A DNA stretch of 64,000 nucleotides from Deferribacterales bacterium (lineage in GTDB: Bacteria; Chrysiogenota; Deferribacteres; Deferribacterales; Geovibrionaceae), in assembly GCA_050253075.1 (NCBI GenBank), contig JBFWJS010000001.1, forward strand, positions 660,675 to 724,674, read 5' to 3'. Shown here one piece after another: positions 1 through 10,150 of this stretch; within the stretch, counting starts at the first letter, position 1, and every line of letters begins with the position of its first letter. The translations under genes were made by a program, and so were the position numbers. Under the pieces are notes generated by a model. The model was not told the DNA's origin. It worked only from the letters and a program-made list of their open reading frames with translations, and did not search any database.

Positions 1-109
1 TTCTGGCTTCAACGATCTCCGCAACATTGATTTTCTTACGCTCAAGAACCTCCTGAGCTTTCCTGCAGGATGTTCAGCCGGCTCGAAAATACATCCAATC
101 AATTGTCAT
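1..109 (-). CDS. ArsC/Spx-like thioredoxin-fold selenoprotein, 5' part (runs off the window start); Sec at codon 12
   Basis: Minus strand: RBS GAGGTG, then MTIDWMYFRAG-UGA-TSCRKAQEVLERKKINVAEIVEAR. UGA (76..74) forms a UxxC motif and is followed by a SECIS-like hairpin. Not in the ORF track. Confidence 0.85.
40..58 (-). promoter_or_regulatory. Putative bacterial SECIS element
   Basis: GCTCAGGA-GGT-TCTTGAGC: 8-bp stem with one G-U pair and a G-first loop 23 nt after the UGA. Confidence 0.7.
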
Positions 110-172
110 AGTACACCTCACTTGTATAATAATACCATATTATCATTAATATACGCATTACGGCTGTAAAAT

Positions 173-1036
173 TTATAAAGAACGCTGAAAAATGCCCATC
201 ATGTTATAAACCAGCTGTGCCGCAGCAAAGTCGAACCCGTGGAAGTGCTCTATCGGGGCATATTCCACCACGTCGAATCCGATGCATTTGCGTGACTGCA
301 TCACCTTTTCGATGAGCTTGTGAGACTGATACCATGTCAGTCCGCCGGGGACAGGTGTTCCCGTTGCGGGCATGATGGAAACGTCGAAAGCGTCAATGTC
401 GAATGTGATAAAGACATTTTCGGGGAAGTAAGGGGGTAGCTCAAACGTGGCATCTCCGCCAGAGCAGAGCTCGTCGGCATCCATATAGTGGACATTGTGC
501 CTGAGGCGCAGATTATGCTCCTCCATGCTGTAGCTGCGTGTGCCTAGCTGATAGAAAGGTATGTCGAGGTCGAATATACGCTTCATCACGCATGCGTGGC
601 TGAATTTTGTACCGTCGTATTCTTCTCTCAGGTCTGCATGTGCGTCGAACTGCACCACACAGAAATCCTTTCCGTATTTATTATACAGTGCCTCTATGGC
701 TCCGTATGTGACAGTGTGCTCACCGCCGAGCAGAACGGGTATCTTGTTCAGCTCGATGGTCTTTGTCACTGCGTTTGTTATGTTTAAAAGGGTCTCTTTT
801 ATCGTACCTGTACAGTCTATTGGCGGATATGTGTATATGCCAAGCTCTGCGGGTACTGTATGGTTGTCGAATGTCTCGAGCTGTGCGGATGCCTCGAGTA
901 TCGCTCTCGGGCCGTCTGCCGTGCCTCCGCCGAAGGAGACAGTGCGTTCATACGGCGCAGGGATAACGTGGAAAAGGGCATTCTCGGGAGCCGAGGGCTC
1001 TACATCGTCTCCGTGAAAGTTGATAATATCGCTCAT
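173..1036 (-). CDS. speB: Agmatinase
   Basis: Ureohydrolase motifs GGEH, DAHADLR, DIDAFD and PATGTPVPGG; last gene of the polyamine operon. Confidence 0.9.
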   Translation of the reverse strand: MSDIINFHGDDVEPSAPENALFHVIPAPYERTVSFGGGTADGPRAILEASAQLETFDNHTVPAELGIYTYPPIDCTGTIKETLLNITNAVTKTIELNKIPVLLGGEHTVTYGAIEALYNKYGKDFCVVQFDAHADLREEYDGTKFSHACVMKRIFDLDIPFYQLGTRSYSMEEHNLRLRHNVHYMDADELCSGGDATFELPPYFPENVFITFDIDAFDVSIMPATGTPVPGGLTWYQSHKLIEKVMQSRKCIGFDVVEYAPIEHFHGFDFAAAQLVYNMMGIFQRSL

Positions 1037-2193
1037 GACACCCTCCCTTTATAGTCTTCGTATCCGAACCTGCGCACTACTTCGATATCCCCTTTGCTGT
1101 CAAACATGGTCAGGTCGGGCAGTTCCACACCGTTGAACGTGGTGTTCTTTACAAAAGAGTAAAGAGCCATGTCGGTGAAGACGAGCCTGTCGCCCCGCTT
1201 CAGCGGTTTGTTGAATGAGTAGGTTCCTATGAAATCCCCTGCGAGGCATGATATCCCGCCGAGTTTATAGTCTATCTTTCTTTCGCCCGGTTCGCCCGCT
1301 CTGATAAGGTGCGGACGGTAAGGCATCGCAAGTACATCGGGCATGTGTGTCTCTGCGGAGCAGTCGAGGACTGCTATGTCCATGCCGTTTTCTATGGTGT
1401 CGAGCACCTGAGTGACGAAAACGCCTGCGTTCAGCACGACAGCCTCCCCCGGTTCGAGGTAGACATTTATGCCGTTGTGCCTCTCACGGAAGTCGAGGAT
1501 GGTCTCCACCAGCAGCTCCACGTCGTAATCCTCACGGGTGATGTGGTGTCCGCCGCCGAAGTTTATCCACTTCATTTTGTCTATCAGATGTCCGAATCTC
1601 TTTTCAAAGCTCTCCAGTACACGGACGAGAACGTCTGCGTTCTGCTCGCACATGGCGTGGAAATGCAGTCCGTCTATCCCTGTGAGGTCTATGCCGTCCA
1701 AATCTGACGGATTTACGCCGAAGCGTGAGCCCGGTATGCATGGGTTGTAAAGGTCAACCTCTACCTCTGCGTGCCCGGGGTTACAGCGGAGCCCGACCTC
1801 TTTACCCGCAGGGATCTTATCCTTGAAAAGGTTCCACTGGGATATAGAGTTAAAGACTATATGGTCGGAGAACCTTACGGTGCGCTCGAACTGTTCGTCT
1901 TTAAATGCGGGGCTGTATGTATGTACTTCTCTACCGAATTCCTCTCTGCCCATCTGCGCCTCGATAGGCCCGCTGGCGCATACTCCGTGCAGGTGTTCGG
2001 ATATGATGTCGAACACTGCGGGCATGGCAAACGCCTTAAGGGCGAGCAGTATCTTTGCCCCCGTACGGTTCTGTACGGAGGAGAGGAGCTCGCAGTTGCG
2101 CTTTATCACCTCTCGGCTGATTAGGTAACAGGGTGTTTCCACCCTGTCTGTTATTTCTGTTGGGAAATCGGCTAAAGCCTTTTTATCTTTCAT
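1033..2193 (-). CDS. nspC: Carboxy(nor)spermidine decarboxylase
   Basis: Motifs LALKAF, GLHFHAMCEQ, NFGGGHHIT, LEPGEA, HMPDVLAMPY and SCLAGD. Confidence 0.92.
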   Translation of the reverse strand: MKDKKALADFPTEITDRVETPCYLISREVIKRNCELLSSVQNRTGAKILLALKAFAMPAVFDIISEHLHGVCASGPIEAQMGREEFGREVHTYSPAFKDEQFERTVRFSDHIVFNSISQWNLFKDKIPAGKEVGLRCNPGHAEVEVDLYNPCIPGSRFGVNPSDLDGIDLTGIDGLHFHAMCEQNADVLVRVLESFEKRFGHLIDKMKWINFGGGHHITREDYDVELLVETILDFRERHNGINVYLEPGEAVVLNAGVFVTQVLDTIENGMDIAVLDCSAETHMPDVLAMPYRPHLIRAGEPGERKIDYKLGGISCLAGDFIGTYSFNKPLKRGDRLVFTDMALYSFVKNTTFNGVELPDLTMFDSKGDIEVVRRFGYEDYKGRVS

Positions 2194-2194
2194 A

Positions 2195-3412
2195 TTATGC
2201 AGGGAGCTCGCCTTCGAAGTCTACGACGTTCCACGGCAGACCGCATCTGTTCAGCTCATCCATGAATGTGTCAGGGTCTAGCTGTTCTACGTTCCATACG
2301 CCTGCACCGCTCCATACGCCCTTCACCATCATCATAGCACCTATCATAGCAGGCACGCCTGTGGTGTAGGAGACTGCCTGAGCCTGTATCTCACGGTAGC
2401 ATTCTGCGTGGTCGCAAACGTTGTATATGTATTTCTTAAGCTGTTTTCCGTCTTTCTGTCCGTCGAATACACATCCGATAACAGCCTTGCCCGTGTAGCC
2501 CACGCCCAGTGTGCCCGGGTCGGGGAGCAGAGCTTTAAGGAACTGTATAGGAACTATCTTGCATCCGTTGAAGTCCACTTCGTCTATGCGTGTCATGCCC
2601 ACGTTTGTCAGCACCTTCAGGTGTGTGATGTAGGGCTGACCGAATGTCATCCAGAATCTGATGCGCTCAAGTCCTTTGATGTTTTCCACAAGGGATTCCA
2701 TCTCTTCGTGATAAAGGAGGTAGCTCTCTTTCGGGCCTGCCTCAGGGTAGTCGAATGTGAAATGTACACAGTCGTCATCGAGGATAGCAGGTGTCTCAAC
2801 CCATTCGCCGTCTTTCCAGTGGCGCACGACCTGTGTCACCTCACGGATGTTTATCTCGGGGTTGAAGTTTGTGGCGAAGGGGTGTCCGTGGTCGCCTGCG
2901 TTACAGTCGAGTATGTCTATGGTCTTTATGCTGTCGTACATGTGCTTCTGGGCGTATGCACAGAAGATGTTTGTCACGCCGGGGTCGAATCCGCATCCGA
3001 GCACAGCCATGAGACCCTTCTCTTTAAATTTGTCCTGATAAGCCCACTGCCAGCTGTATTCAAACTTTGCCTCGTCGAGGGGCTCATAGTTTGCCGTGTC
3101 GAGGTAGTGTACGTTTGCCTCGAGACATGCGTCCATGATGGTGAGGTCCTGATAAGGGAGCGCAACGTTGATGACCATGTAAGGCTTTTCTGCATTGAGC
3201 AGTTTTACCAGCTCAGGTACGTTATCGGCATCCACTGCCGCAGTTTTTATATTGATATCATAAAGTTTCTTAACTTCTGCTGCGATATCGTCGCACTTGC
3301 TTTTAGTACGGCTGGCGAGAACTATCTCTGTGAATACATCAGGGTTCTGCGCACATTTCTTTGCCACAACATTACCGACACCGCCTGCGCCGATGATAAG
3401 AACTTTTGCCAT
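2195..3412 (-). CDS. Carboxy(nor)spermidine dehydrogenase (saccharopine dehydrogenase family)
   Basis: Rossmann motif IIGAGGVG, plus YLDTANYE, GCGFDPG and FATNFNPEIN; adjacent to nspC. Confidence 0.9.
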   Translation of the reverse strand: MAKVLIIGAGGVGNVVAKKCAQNPDVFTEIVLASRTKSKCDDIAAEVKKLYDINIKTAAVDADNVPELVKLLNAEKPYMVINVALPYQDLTIMDACLEANVHYLDTANYEPLDEAKFEYSWQWAYQDKFKEKGLMAVLGCGFDPGVTNIFCAYAQKHMYDSIKTIDILDCNAGDHGHPFATNFNPEINIREVTQVVRHWKDGEWVETPAILDDDCVHFTFDYPEAGPKESYLLYHEEMESLVENIKGLERIRFWMTFGQPYITHLKVLTNVGMTRIDEVDFNGCKIVPIQFLKALLPDPGTLGVGYTGKAVIGCVFDGQKDGKQLKKYIYNVCDHAECYREIQAQAVSYTTGVPAMIGAMMMVKGVWSGAGVWNVEQLDPDTFMDELNRCGLPWNVVDFEGELPA

Positions 3413-3467
3413 TTTTTCTTTCTCCTTTTTAAATCTAAGTCTGTTTTGTATTCTATATACTGTTTAG

Positions 3468-3571
3468 GTCACTGCGAGGAGGTTCGCTGAACCGACGCGG
3501 CAGTCTTCCAAGCTGGTTTAATACAGCAATGAGGGAAGATTGCCACACCCGCTCCGTGGGTTCGCAATGAC
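3468..3571. repeat. Palindromic intergenic repeat, GTCA(T/C)TGCGAG...GCAATGAC family, copy 1
   Basis: Terminal IR GTCACTGCGA/TCGCAATGAC with inner GGCAGTCTT/AAGATTGCC; related to 11294-11362 and 63205-63244. Confidence 0.8.
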
Positions 3572-3574
3572 AAA

Positions 3575-5506
3575 TTATTCCTTTTCGTAGTAGGTGTATC
3601 CTCTGAGACCCTCTTCAAATCCTTCGAGAATCTTCTTTCTCTCTTTCGGTGTGATGAAGCCCTCTTTGATAGAGTTTTCCGCCAGTTGTTTCAGACGGTT
3701 CTTCATAGCTTTCACATCGTATTCCACATAGCTGAGAACATCGGCCACGCTGTCCCCTTCGAGCTCCTGGGAGACTTCGTATGTGCCGTCCTCTTCCACG
3801 TATACGGATACCACGTGAGTATCTCCGAAGAGGTTGTGCAGGTCGCCCAGAGTCTCCTGATATGCACCCACGAGGAAGACGCCGAGGTAGTATTCCTCAT
3901 CTTCTTTCAGGTTGTGGAGCATAACGAGCCCCTTCGGCTGCTCCATATCGGGGAAGCAGTCTATCTTTCCGTCACAGTCGCATGTGATGTCGGATATGAT
4001 AGCAGGGTGGTAAGGCACCTCATTAAGCCTGTGTATAGGCACTACGGGGAAGATCTGGTTTATCGCCCAAACGTCGGGGAGTGACTGGAACAGACTGAAG
4101 TTTCCGTAATATATATCGAAAAGCAGCTTGTCGATGTACTGCACGTCTCTCGGAGGGTGCTTCATCTTTGCCGCCAGTCGGGATATGTGTATCAGTATGT
4201 GACGGACGATGTTTTCCGCCAGCGCCTTTTCTCTCAGTGTTATCTGACCGTGTTTAAAGAGCTGTCTCGACTGGTTGCGGTAAAAGAGGACGTCGTTGCA
4301 GCACTCCTGAATGTTTTTCTCATTCAGCATGTTCAGGGTAGACATAAGGTTCTCGAGTAGGTCGTTTGTGGTCTCGGGGAGCTTTTCAGGGAGCGGATGC
4401 GGGATGAATGATGATACGTCCAGCACGTTGAAAAGCAGAATAGAGTAGTATGCCACTGTGGCACGACCGGACTCTGTGACTATTGTCGGGTGCGGGATAT
4501 TGTTTTTATCCAGCACTGTTATGATGGATTCTACGATGTCGTAGCAGTATTCTTCTGTCGTATAGTTTCGGCTGGAGCTTGTGCTTGTGTTCGAGCCGTC
4601 ATAGTCCACGGCGAGACCCCCGCCGAAGTCGATGATGTGCATGCTCGCACCTTCTTTAACGAGCTCTTCGTAGACACGGCAAGCCTCCATAGCACCAGCT
4701 CGGATGTCGCGGATGTTGGCTATCTGTGAGCCGATGTGATAGTGGAGGAGGTTAAGACAGTCGAGCATCTTCTCCTCTTTCAGCTTGTCTATCACGTCTA
4801 TCATCTGGCTGATGGTCAGTCCGAAGACGCTGTTGTCACCGCCTGATTCAGACCACTGACCCTCTGCCTGTGTCGTCAGTTTTGCACGGAGGCCGAGGAG
4901 CGGACGCACCTTCAGCTTTTTCGCACGTTCGATTATCACATCTATTTCGCCGGGTACTTCTACCACGAAGTAGCATTTGAAGCCCATTTTGACAGCATTC
5001 AGACCGAGGTCGATGAACTCTTCGTCTTTGTATCCGTTGCATATGAGGAATGCATTGCGGTTGTCCAGCATAGAGATAGCAGCCAGAAGCTCAGGCTTGC
5101 TGCCTGCTTCGAGTCCGTGGTTGAACGCTTTGCCGTATCTGGTGATGGTCTCGATGACCTGTTCCTGCTGGTTAACCTTTATGGGGAATACGCCTTTGAA
5201 CTCTCCCTGATAGCCGGTTTCTTTAATGACCTTGCGGAAAGTTTCATGCAGGAGCTTTATCTGTGAGCCGAGGATGTTTTCAATGCGGAGAATGACAGGC
5301 ATAGAGAGGCCTCTGTCTTCGATCTCGCAAGCGATTTCATGGAGGCTGATCTGCGGGCCTTTATTACGTCCGAAAGGTGTGACGACTATGTCGCCTTTTG
5401 CGTTGACGGTAAAATAGTCTGCACCCCATTTATCTATGGCATAGTGCTCTGCCGCTTCTTTTACTGTCCAGTTTCGTGTCTTTTCAGGGTCTCTCCACAT
5501 TTGCAT
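3575..5506 (-). CDS. speA: Biosynthetic arginine decarboxylase
   Basis: Motifs VFPIKVNQ, GLEAGSKPEL, HYHIGSQI, DITCDCDGKID and GAYQETLGDLHNLFG. Confidence 0.95.
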   Translation of the reverse strand: MQMWRDPEKTRNWTVKEAAEHYAIDKWGADYFTVNAKGDIVVTPFGRNKGPQISLHEIACEIEDRGLSMPVILRIENILGSQIKLLHETFRKVIKETGYQGEFKGVFPIKVNQQEQVIETITRYGKAFNHGLEAGSKPELLAAISMLDNRNAFLICNGYKDEEFIDLGLNAVKMGFKCYFVVEVPGEIDVIIERAKKLKVRPLLGLRAKLTTQAEGQWSESGGDNSVFGLTISQMIDVIDKLKEEKMLDCLNLLHYHIGSQIANIRDIRAGAMEACRVYEELVKEGASMHIIDFGGGLAVDYDGSNTSTSSSRNYTTEEYCYDIVESIITVLDKNNIPHPTIVTESGRATVAYYSILLFNVLDVSSFIPHPLPEKLPETTNDLLENLMSTLNMLNEKNIQECCNDVLFYRNQSRQLFKHGQITLREKALAENIVRHILIHISRLAAKMKHPPRDVQYIDKLLFDIYYGNFSLFQSLPDVWAINQIFPVVPIHRLNEVPYHPAIISDITCDCDGKIDCFPDMEQPKGLVMLHNLKEDEEYYLGVFLVGAYQETLGDLHNLFGDTHVVSVYVEEDGTYEVSQELEGDSVADVLSYVEYDVKAMKNRLKQLAENSIKEGFITPKERKKILEGFEEGLRGYTYYEKE

Positions 5507-5891
5507 CTCTCCGTATAAATGGTCGTAAGTGATTCTAACATATTTAAAAGGTAATTTCTAACCTGTCTTGTTTTTGTATTCTATTTTACAAAACCAAGAA
5601 TATTTAAGTAAAATGAGCTCAAATGTCAATATGTTTTTTATATTAAATTGCAGAAATCCCATTGAAATTCAAGGCTTTATCTGTTGTTATATTTGTGTCA
5701 GGAATATGTATAAAATGTTTAATATAGTGCTTTATATTCGTCAATATGAGCCTGTGTAATTGCTATAAGATATGAAAAATGAGAAAACATTAAAAAAATG
5801 GCGTTGGAATGGTATTTTTTTCAGAAGATTTCTTTGGTTTTAATTTCGGTTTTGAACTGTTATTATTGCGTAAGATATACAAGAGGGAGAT

Positions 5892-7649
5892 ATGAGACGC
5901 ATCCTTCGCAGTGCGGTGCTTATTGTTATAGTCGTGATGTCTGTGGCTATGATGTACCTGCCGTATGTAGAGCTCAAAAAGAATGCTGTGGAAGACTTGA
6001 ACGAGAGGCAGGAGCTGATAGTCAATCAGACTGCGCTCAGTATCGAGACATTCTTCGCCGAACAGAGGAAGATGCTGCGGCATTTTGCTATGCATCCCAC
6101 TTTCATCAATTTCAATGCTGACGGCGCCCTCTCTATCCAGAGGGAATATATAAACTCATCGCACTATGTGAAAGCTATCACACGCTATGATTCAGACGGT
6201 ATTATAATGTATTCATACCCATATCCTGAGGATTCTATCGGTAAGGATATATCCGCACAGGCACATGTTAAAAAGATACTGGCAGAGCATAAGCCAAACA
6301 TTAGCGACGTCTTCACCGCCGTGCAGGGGTATGAGACCGTAGCACTGTCCGAGCCGATATTTGACGGTGACGAATTTGTGGGTGTTGTGGCTTTTCTGAT
6401 AGATTTCAAATTTATCGCAAGAAATTTCCTCGAAAATATCCGGATAGGTGAGAACGGCTATGCGTGGATGATAAGCCGTGACGGAACAGAGCTGTACTGC
6501 CCCATCCATGATCATTCCGGCAAAAGCATAAAAGACACTGCCGAATCTTTCCCTTCTGCTATGCGCATGGTAGAGAGCATGATGAGGGGAGAATCGGGCG
6601 TCACTTCTTACATCTTTGACAGGATAAAGGATAAAGAAACAGAGATAATCAAAAAATATGCCGTGTATGCCCCGATAAAGCTCGAAGACACATTCTGGTC
6701 CGTGGCTGTATCCACGCCTGAATCGGATGTGTATGCTGACCTGTATGTTTTTATAAAGAAAATGCTTTTCGCCTTATTAATGCTGGTGTCTGCACTTATG
6801 GTTTATGTGGTGATATCCGTGCACGACTATAATCTGGCGAAGCGGAACGAAGAGCTTCAGAAGCTGGTGGATGCCGAGATAGCAAAGCGGGAAAAGCAGG
6901 AGAAGATAATGCTCCAGCAGGCTCGCTTTTACAGCATGACAGAGACTCTGAACGCCATAGCCCATCAGTGGCGGCAGCCTCTCAATGCCATCGGGCTGTG
7001 TGTGCAGGATCTGGAGGAAGCATACGAAAGCGGAGAGCTGGACAAGCAGTATCTGAGCGAAACAGTGGAAAAGACAATGGAAAGGCTCATGTCCCTTTCA
7101 TCGACCATAGATGATTTCAGGACATTCTTCGTAGAGAGGAAAGAGGCAGCAGAAGTGAACCTGTGCGAAGAGATAATGGACATCTATAACGTGGTAAGGG
7201 TGAAGTATGACGCCATAGGAATATCGTGTAAATTCACCGTGGATAACGCACCGCTAGACCACGCAGAGGTCTGCAGCAAAGAGCAGTATAGGGCAAAGAT
7301 ATACCCTGATAAACTGAAGCAGGCTGTGCTGAACTGTCTGAGCAATTCCCGAGAGGCGATAGAACGACTGCATAATAAGGGGACTATCTATAAAGGCGAG
7401 ATATGGATAAAGCTCGGGGTGAAAGACGGCGTGTACGAGCTGGAGATCATAGATAACGGCGGCGGTATAGACGAGAGCATAAAGGACAGGATATTCGACC
7501 CGTATTTCACCACAAAGGAAACAACCCTCGGTATGGGGCAGGGGCTTTATGTCACAAGGATGCTGGTGGAGGAGAGTCTGGGCGGAAGTATCTCTGTGGA
7601 TAATATAAACAAGGGAGTGCGTGTATCTTTTAAATTCCGCTCCTTATAA
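5892..7649 (+). CDS. Membrane sensor histidine kinase with a periplasmic Cache-type domain
   Basis: Two TM helices; H-box AIAHQWRQPL; DNGGG, FDPYFTTK and GMGQGL boxes. Confidence 0.9.
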   Translation: MRRILRSAVLIVIVVMSVAMMYLPYVELKKNAVEDLNERQELIVNQTALSIETFFAEQRKMLRHFAMHPTFINFNADGALSIQREYINSSHYVKAITRYDSDGIIMYSYPYPEDSIGKDISAQAHVKKILAEHKPNISDVFTAVQGYETVALSEPIFDGDEFVGVVAFLIDFKFIARNFLENIRIGENGYAWMISRDGTELYCPIHDHSGKSIKDTAESFPSAMRMVESMMRGESGVTSYIFDRIKDKETEIIKKYAVYAPIKLEDTFWSVAVSTPESDVYADLYVFIKKMLFALLMLVSALMVYVVISVHDYNLAKRNEELQKLVDAEIAKREKQEKIMLQQARFYSMTETLNAIAHQWRQPLNAIGLCVQDLEEAYESGELDKQYLSETVEKTMERLMSLSSTIDDFRTFFVERKEAAEVNLCEEIMDIYNVVRVKYDAIGISCKFTVDNAPLDHAEVCSKEQYRAKIYPDKLKQAVLNCLSNSREAIERLHNKGTIYKGEIWIKLGVKDGVYELEIIDNGGGIDESIKDRIFDPYFTTKETTLGMGQGLYVTRMLVEESLGGSISVDNINKGVRVSFKFRSL

Positions 7650-7695
7650 TACTTGCGCTATTAGATTTTAACGGTTATTTTACTCACACAAAATC

Positions 7696-8238
7696 ATGCT
7701 TACATTCATAGATATTCTCGGCATTGCCGTGGCGATGAGCATAGATGCTTTCTGCGTTTCCGTATGCATCGGGATGAAATATCACGAGACAAAGCACTAT
7801 CTCAGGCTTGGAACTTCTTTCGGTTTTTTTCAGTTTGCTATGCCTGTTATCGGTGCATTCGCCGGGCGGGTTATGCTGGAATACACCCATAATCTTAAAT
7901 ATCTCGCCGCAGCCATACTCTTCTTTGTCGCTTTTAACATGCTGAAAGAGGGGATATGTCATAAGGAATGTAAGGTCTATACATCTGACCCGACGATAGG
8001 CATGTCTCTCATTATGCTCTCTCTGGCGACCAGCATGGACGCACTGGGTGCGGGCATTTCGCTGGCTCTGTGGGACGGCGGCATAGTATATGCATCTGCC
8101 GTGATAGGCGTTGTCTGCCTGCTGTTTGCTATGGGCGGGGTGCATATGGGGCGCACCAGCAAGAAATACATCGGGCATTATGCCGAGTATGCCGGCTCTC
8201 TCGTTCTCGCTCTTATCGGGTTGAAATTCATTTTCTGA
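7696..8238 (+). CDS. mntP: Manganese efflux pump, MntP family
   Basis: Motifs AMSIDAF, FGFFQ and ATSMDAL; six hydrophobic segments. Confidence 0.85.
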   Translation: MLTFIDILGIAVAMSIDAFCVSVCIGMKYHETKHYLRLGTSFGFFQFAMPVIGAFAGRVMLEYTHNLKYLAAAILFFVAFNMLKEGICHKECKVYTSDPTIGMSLIMLSLATSMDALGAGISLALWDGGIVYASAVIGVVCLLFAMGGVHMGRTSKKYIGHYAEYAGSLVLALIGLKFIF

Positions 8239-8296
8239 TAGAAGCATCAAGTCCTTTCTGTTATTCTGAAATATATTCTTCAAACGGTGATGCTAT

Positions 8297-10132
8297 ATGG
8301 GATACAGGAATCTGCGTTCATGCCTGAACGACCTTGAAAAATTCGGACAGCTCAAAAGAATTACTGCGGAGATAGACCCTTATCTCGAGGCGGGGCTCAT
8401 TCAGCGGCTTACATACCGTGCGGGCGGACCTGCGCTTTTATTTGAAAATGTGAAGGGGTCAAAGTTTCCTATGGCGGGGAACATCTTCGGCACAATGGAG
8501 CGCACCAGATTTATCTTCCGTGATGCTCTGCCTGTCATCGAGGCGATGGTAAAAGCGAAGCTGAACCCGAAGGAACTGCTGAAGGACTACCGAGCCCTTT
8601 TGAAACTGCCGAAGGGCGCATATAACCTACTGCCTAAATCCGTGGCGACAGGTGCCGTTATGGAGAATCACTGCGAACTAGCCGACCTTCCCCGGTTTTA
8701 CAGCTGGCCGATGGACGGAGGCGGATTCATCACCCTGCCGCTTGTATATACCGAGGCTCTCGCAGGGGGGTATAAAAACAGCAATCTGGGCATGTACCGT
8801 GTTCAGATATCAGGCAACGAATACGACTCGAACGAGTGCGGACTGCACTATCAGATACACAGAGGTATAGGCATACACCACAGAGAGGCGGAACAGGCGG
8901 GGGAGAAGCTCCGTGTGAACGTCTTCATCGGCGGTGCGCCTTCTCTTACTCTGGCTGCCGTGATGCCGCTCCCCGAGGGGATGCCCGAGGTTTCCTTTGC
9001 GGGCGTGCTGGGCGGACACCGCATACCTTTCATAAAGCGGAGCGGTATGCTCCCTATGCCTGCCGAGTGTGATTTTGTCATAAGCGGTACGATCAGTCCC
9101 AGCTTTACAAAGCCCGAAGGTCCATTCGGAGACCATGTCGGCTATTACAGCATGAAGCACGACTTCCCCGTTATGAAGGTGGATAAGGTATGGCACAGAA
9201 ACGACGCCATATTCCCTTTCACATCAGTGGGCAGACCTCCGCAGGAGGACACCAGCTTCGGCGATTTCATCCACGAGCTCACGGGGGAGCTCATCCCTGA
9301 TGTTCTGCCGGGCGTAAAGGCTGTGCATGCTGTGGATGCGGCGGGGGTTCATCCTCTCCTGCTGGCTATCGGAAGCGAGCGTTACACGCCTTATCAGGAG
9401 CAGACAGAGCCGAAAGAGATACTCACACAGGCGAACGCCATACTCGGACAGGGTCAGCTTTCTCTGGCGAAATATCTATTTATAGCGAATCATTACGACG
9501 ACGAGTCCCTTGATATACATAAGCCCGAAGTCTTCCTTAAGCATATGCTTGAGCGTGCGGACTGGAGGCGTGACCTGCACTTTCAGACATCTGTCACCAT
9601 CGACACTCTGGACTATACAGGGCACGGGCTGAACAGAGGCTCGAAGCTGACCATAGCAGCAGCGGGTAAGAAAGTGCGGGACCTGCCGAAGGAACTCCCT
9701 GAAAACCTGATACTCCCTGCGGGGTTTGAAAAACCTCGTGTGGTGATGGACGGAGTTATCGCCGTGCAGGGGCCGAAGAGCCTTAATGAAAGGGGCGAAT
9801 CGGACAAGCTGATGGAGCATTTCTGCCAGTCTATAGAGTTGGACAGACCTATAAATAAATTTCCGCTTATAGTCGTTGTGGACGACAGCGAATTTGTTTC
9901 TGCGGATATAGATAACTTTCTCTGGGTGACATTCACCAGATCAAACCCTGCCACGGACGTTTACGGTATCGGTGCACACACCCGGTGCAAGCACTTCGGG
10001 TGTGAGGGCTCTCTTGTGATAGATGCAAGGGTGAAGCCTTTCCATGCGCCTGCGCTGGAACTGCCGAAAGAGGTGGAGCAAAAGGTTTATGACATGGCTG
10101 CGAAGGGCGGACCTTTAGAGGGACTTTTCTGA
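8297..10132 (+). CDS. UbiD-family prFMN decarboxylase, probably menaquinone (futalosine pathway) type
   Basis: Motifs DGGGFITLPLV, NLGMYRVQ, EGPFGDH and GRPPQED; 611 aa. Confidence 0.85.
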   Translation: MGYRNLRSCLNDLEKFGQLKRITAEIDPYLEAGLIQRLTYRAGGPALLFENVKGSKFPMAGNIFGTMERTRFIFRDALPVIEAMVKAKLNPKELLKDYRALLKLPKGAYNLLPKSVATGAVMENHCELADLPRFYSWPMDGGGFITLPLVYTEALAGGYKNSNLGMYRVQISGNEYDSNECGLHYQIHRGIGIHHREAEQAGEKLRVNVFIGGAPSLTLAAVMPLPEGMPEVSFAGVLGGHRIPFIKRSGMLPMPAECDFVISGTISPSFTKPEGPFGDHVGYYSMKHDFPVMKVDKVWHRNDAIFPFTSVGRPPQEDTSFGDFIHELTGELIPDVLPGVKAVHAVDAAGVHPLLLAIGSERYTPYQEQTEPKEILTQANAILGQGQLSLAKYLFIANHYDDESLDIHKPEVFLKHMLERADWRRDLHFQTSVTIDTLDYTGHGLNRGSKLTIAAAGKKVRDLPKELPENLILPAGFEKPRVVMDGVIAVQGPKSLNERGESDKLMEHFCQSIELDRPINKFPLIVVVDDSEFVSADIDNFLWVTFTRSNPATDVYGIGAHTRCKHFGCEGSLVIDARVKPFHAPALELPKEVEQKVYDMAAKGGPLEGLF

Positions 10133-10150
10133 GCGAAGTGAAGAATCTGA

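Noticed and set aside
2408..3490. Long antisense ORFs (also 21857-22774, 39678-40664, 60367-61344)
   Set aside because: They are shadows of well-supported genes on the opposite strand, with no motifs
7650..7695. yybP-ykoY Mn riboswitch before mntP
   Set aside because: The intergenic gap is only 46 bp and has no matching structure
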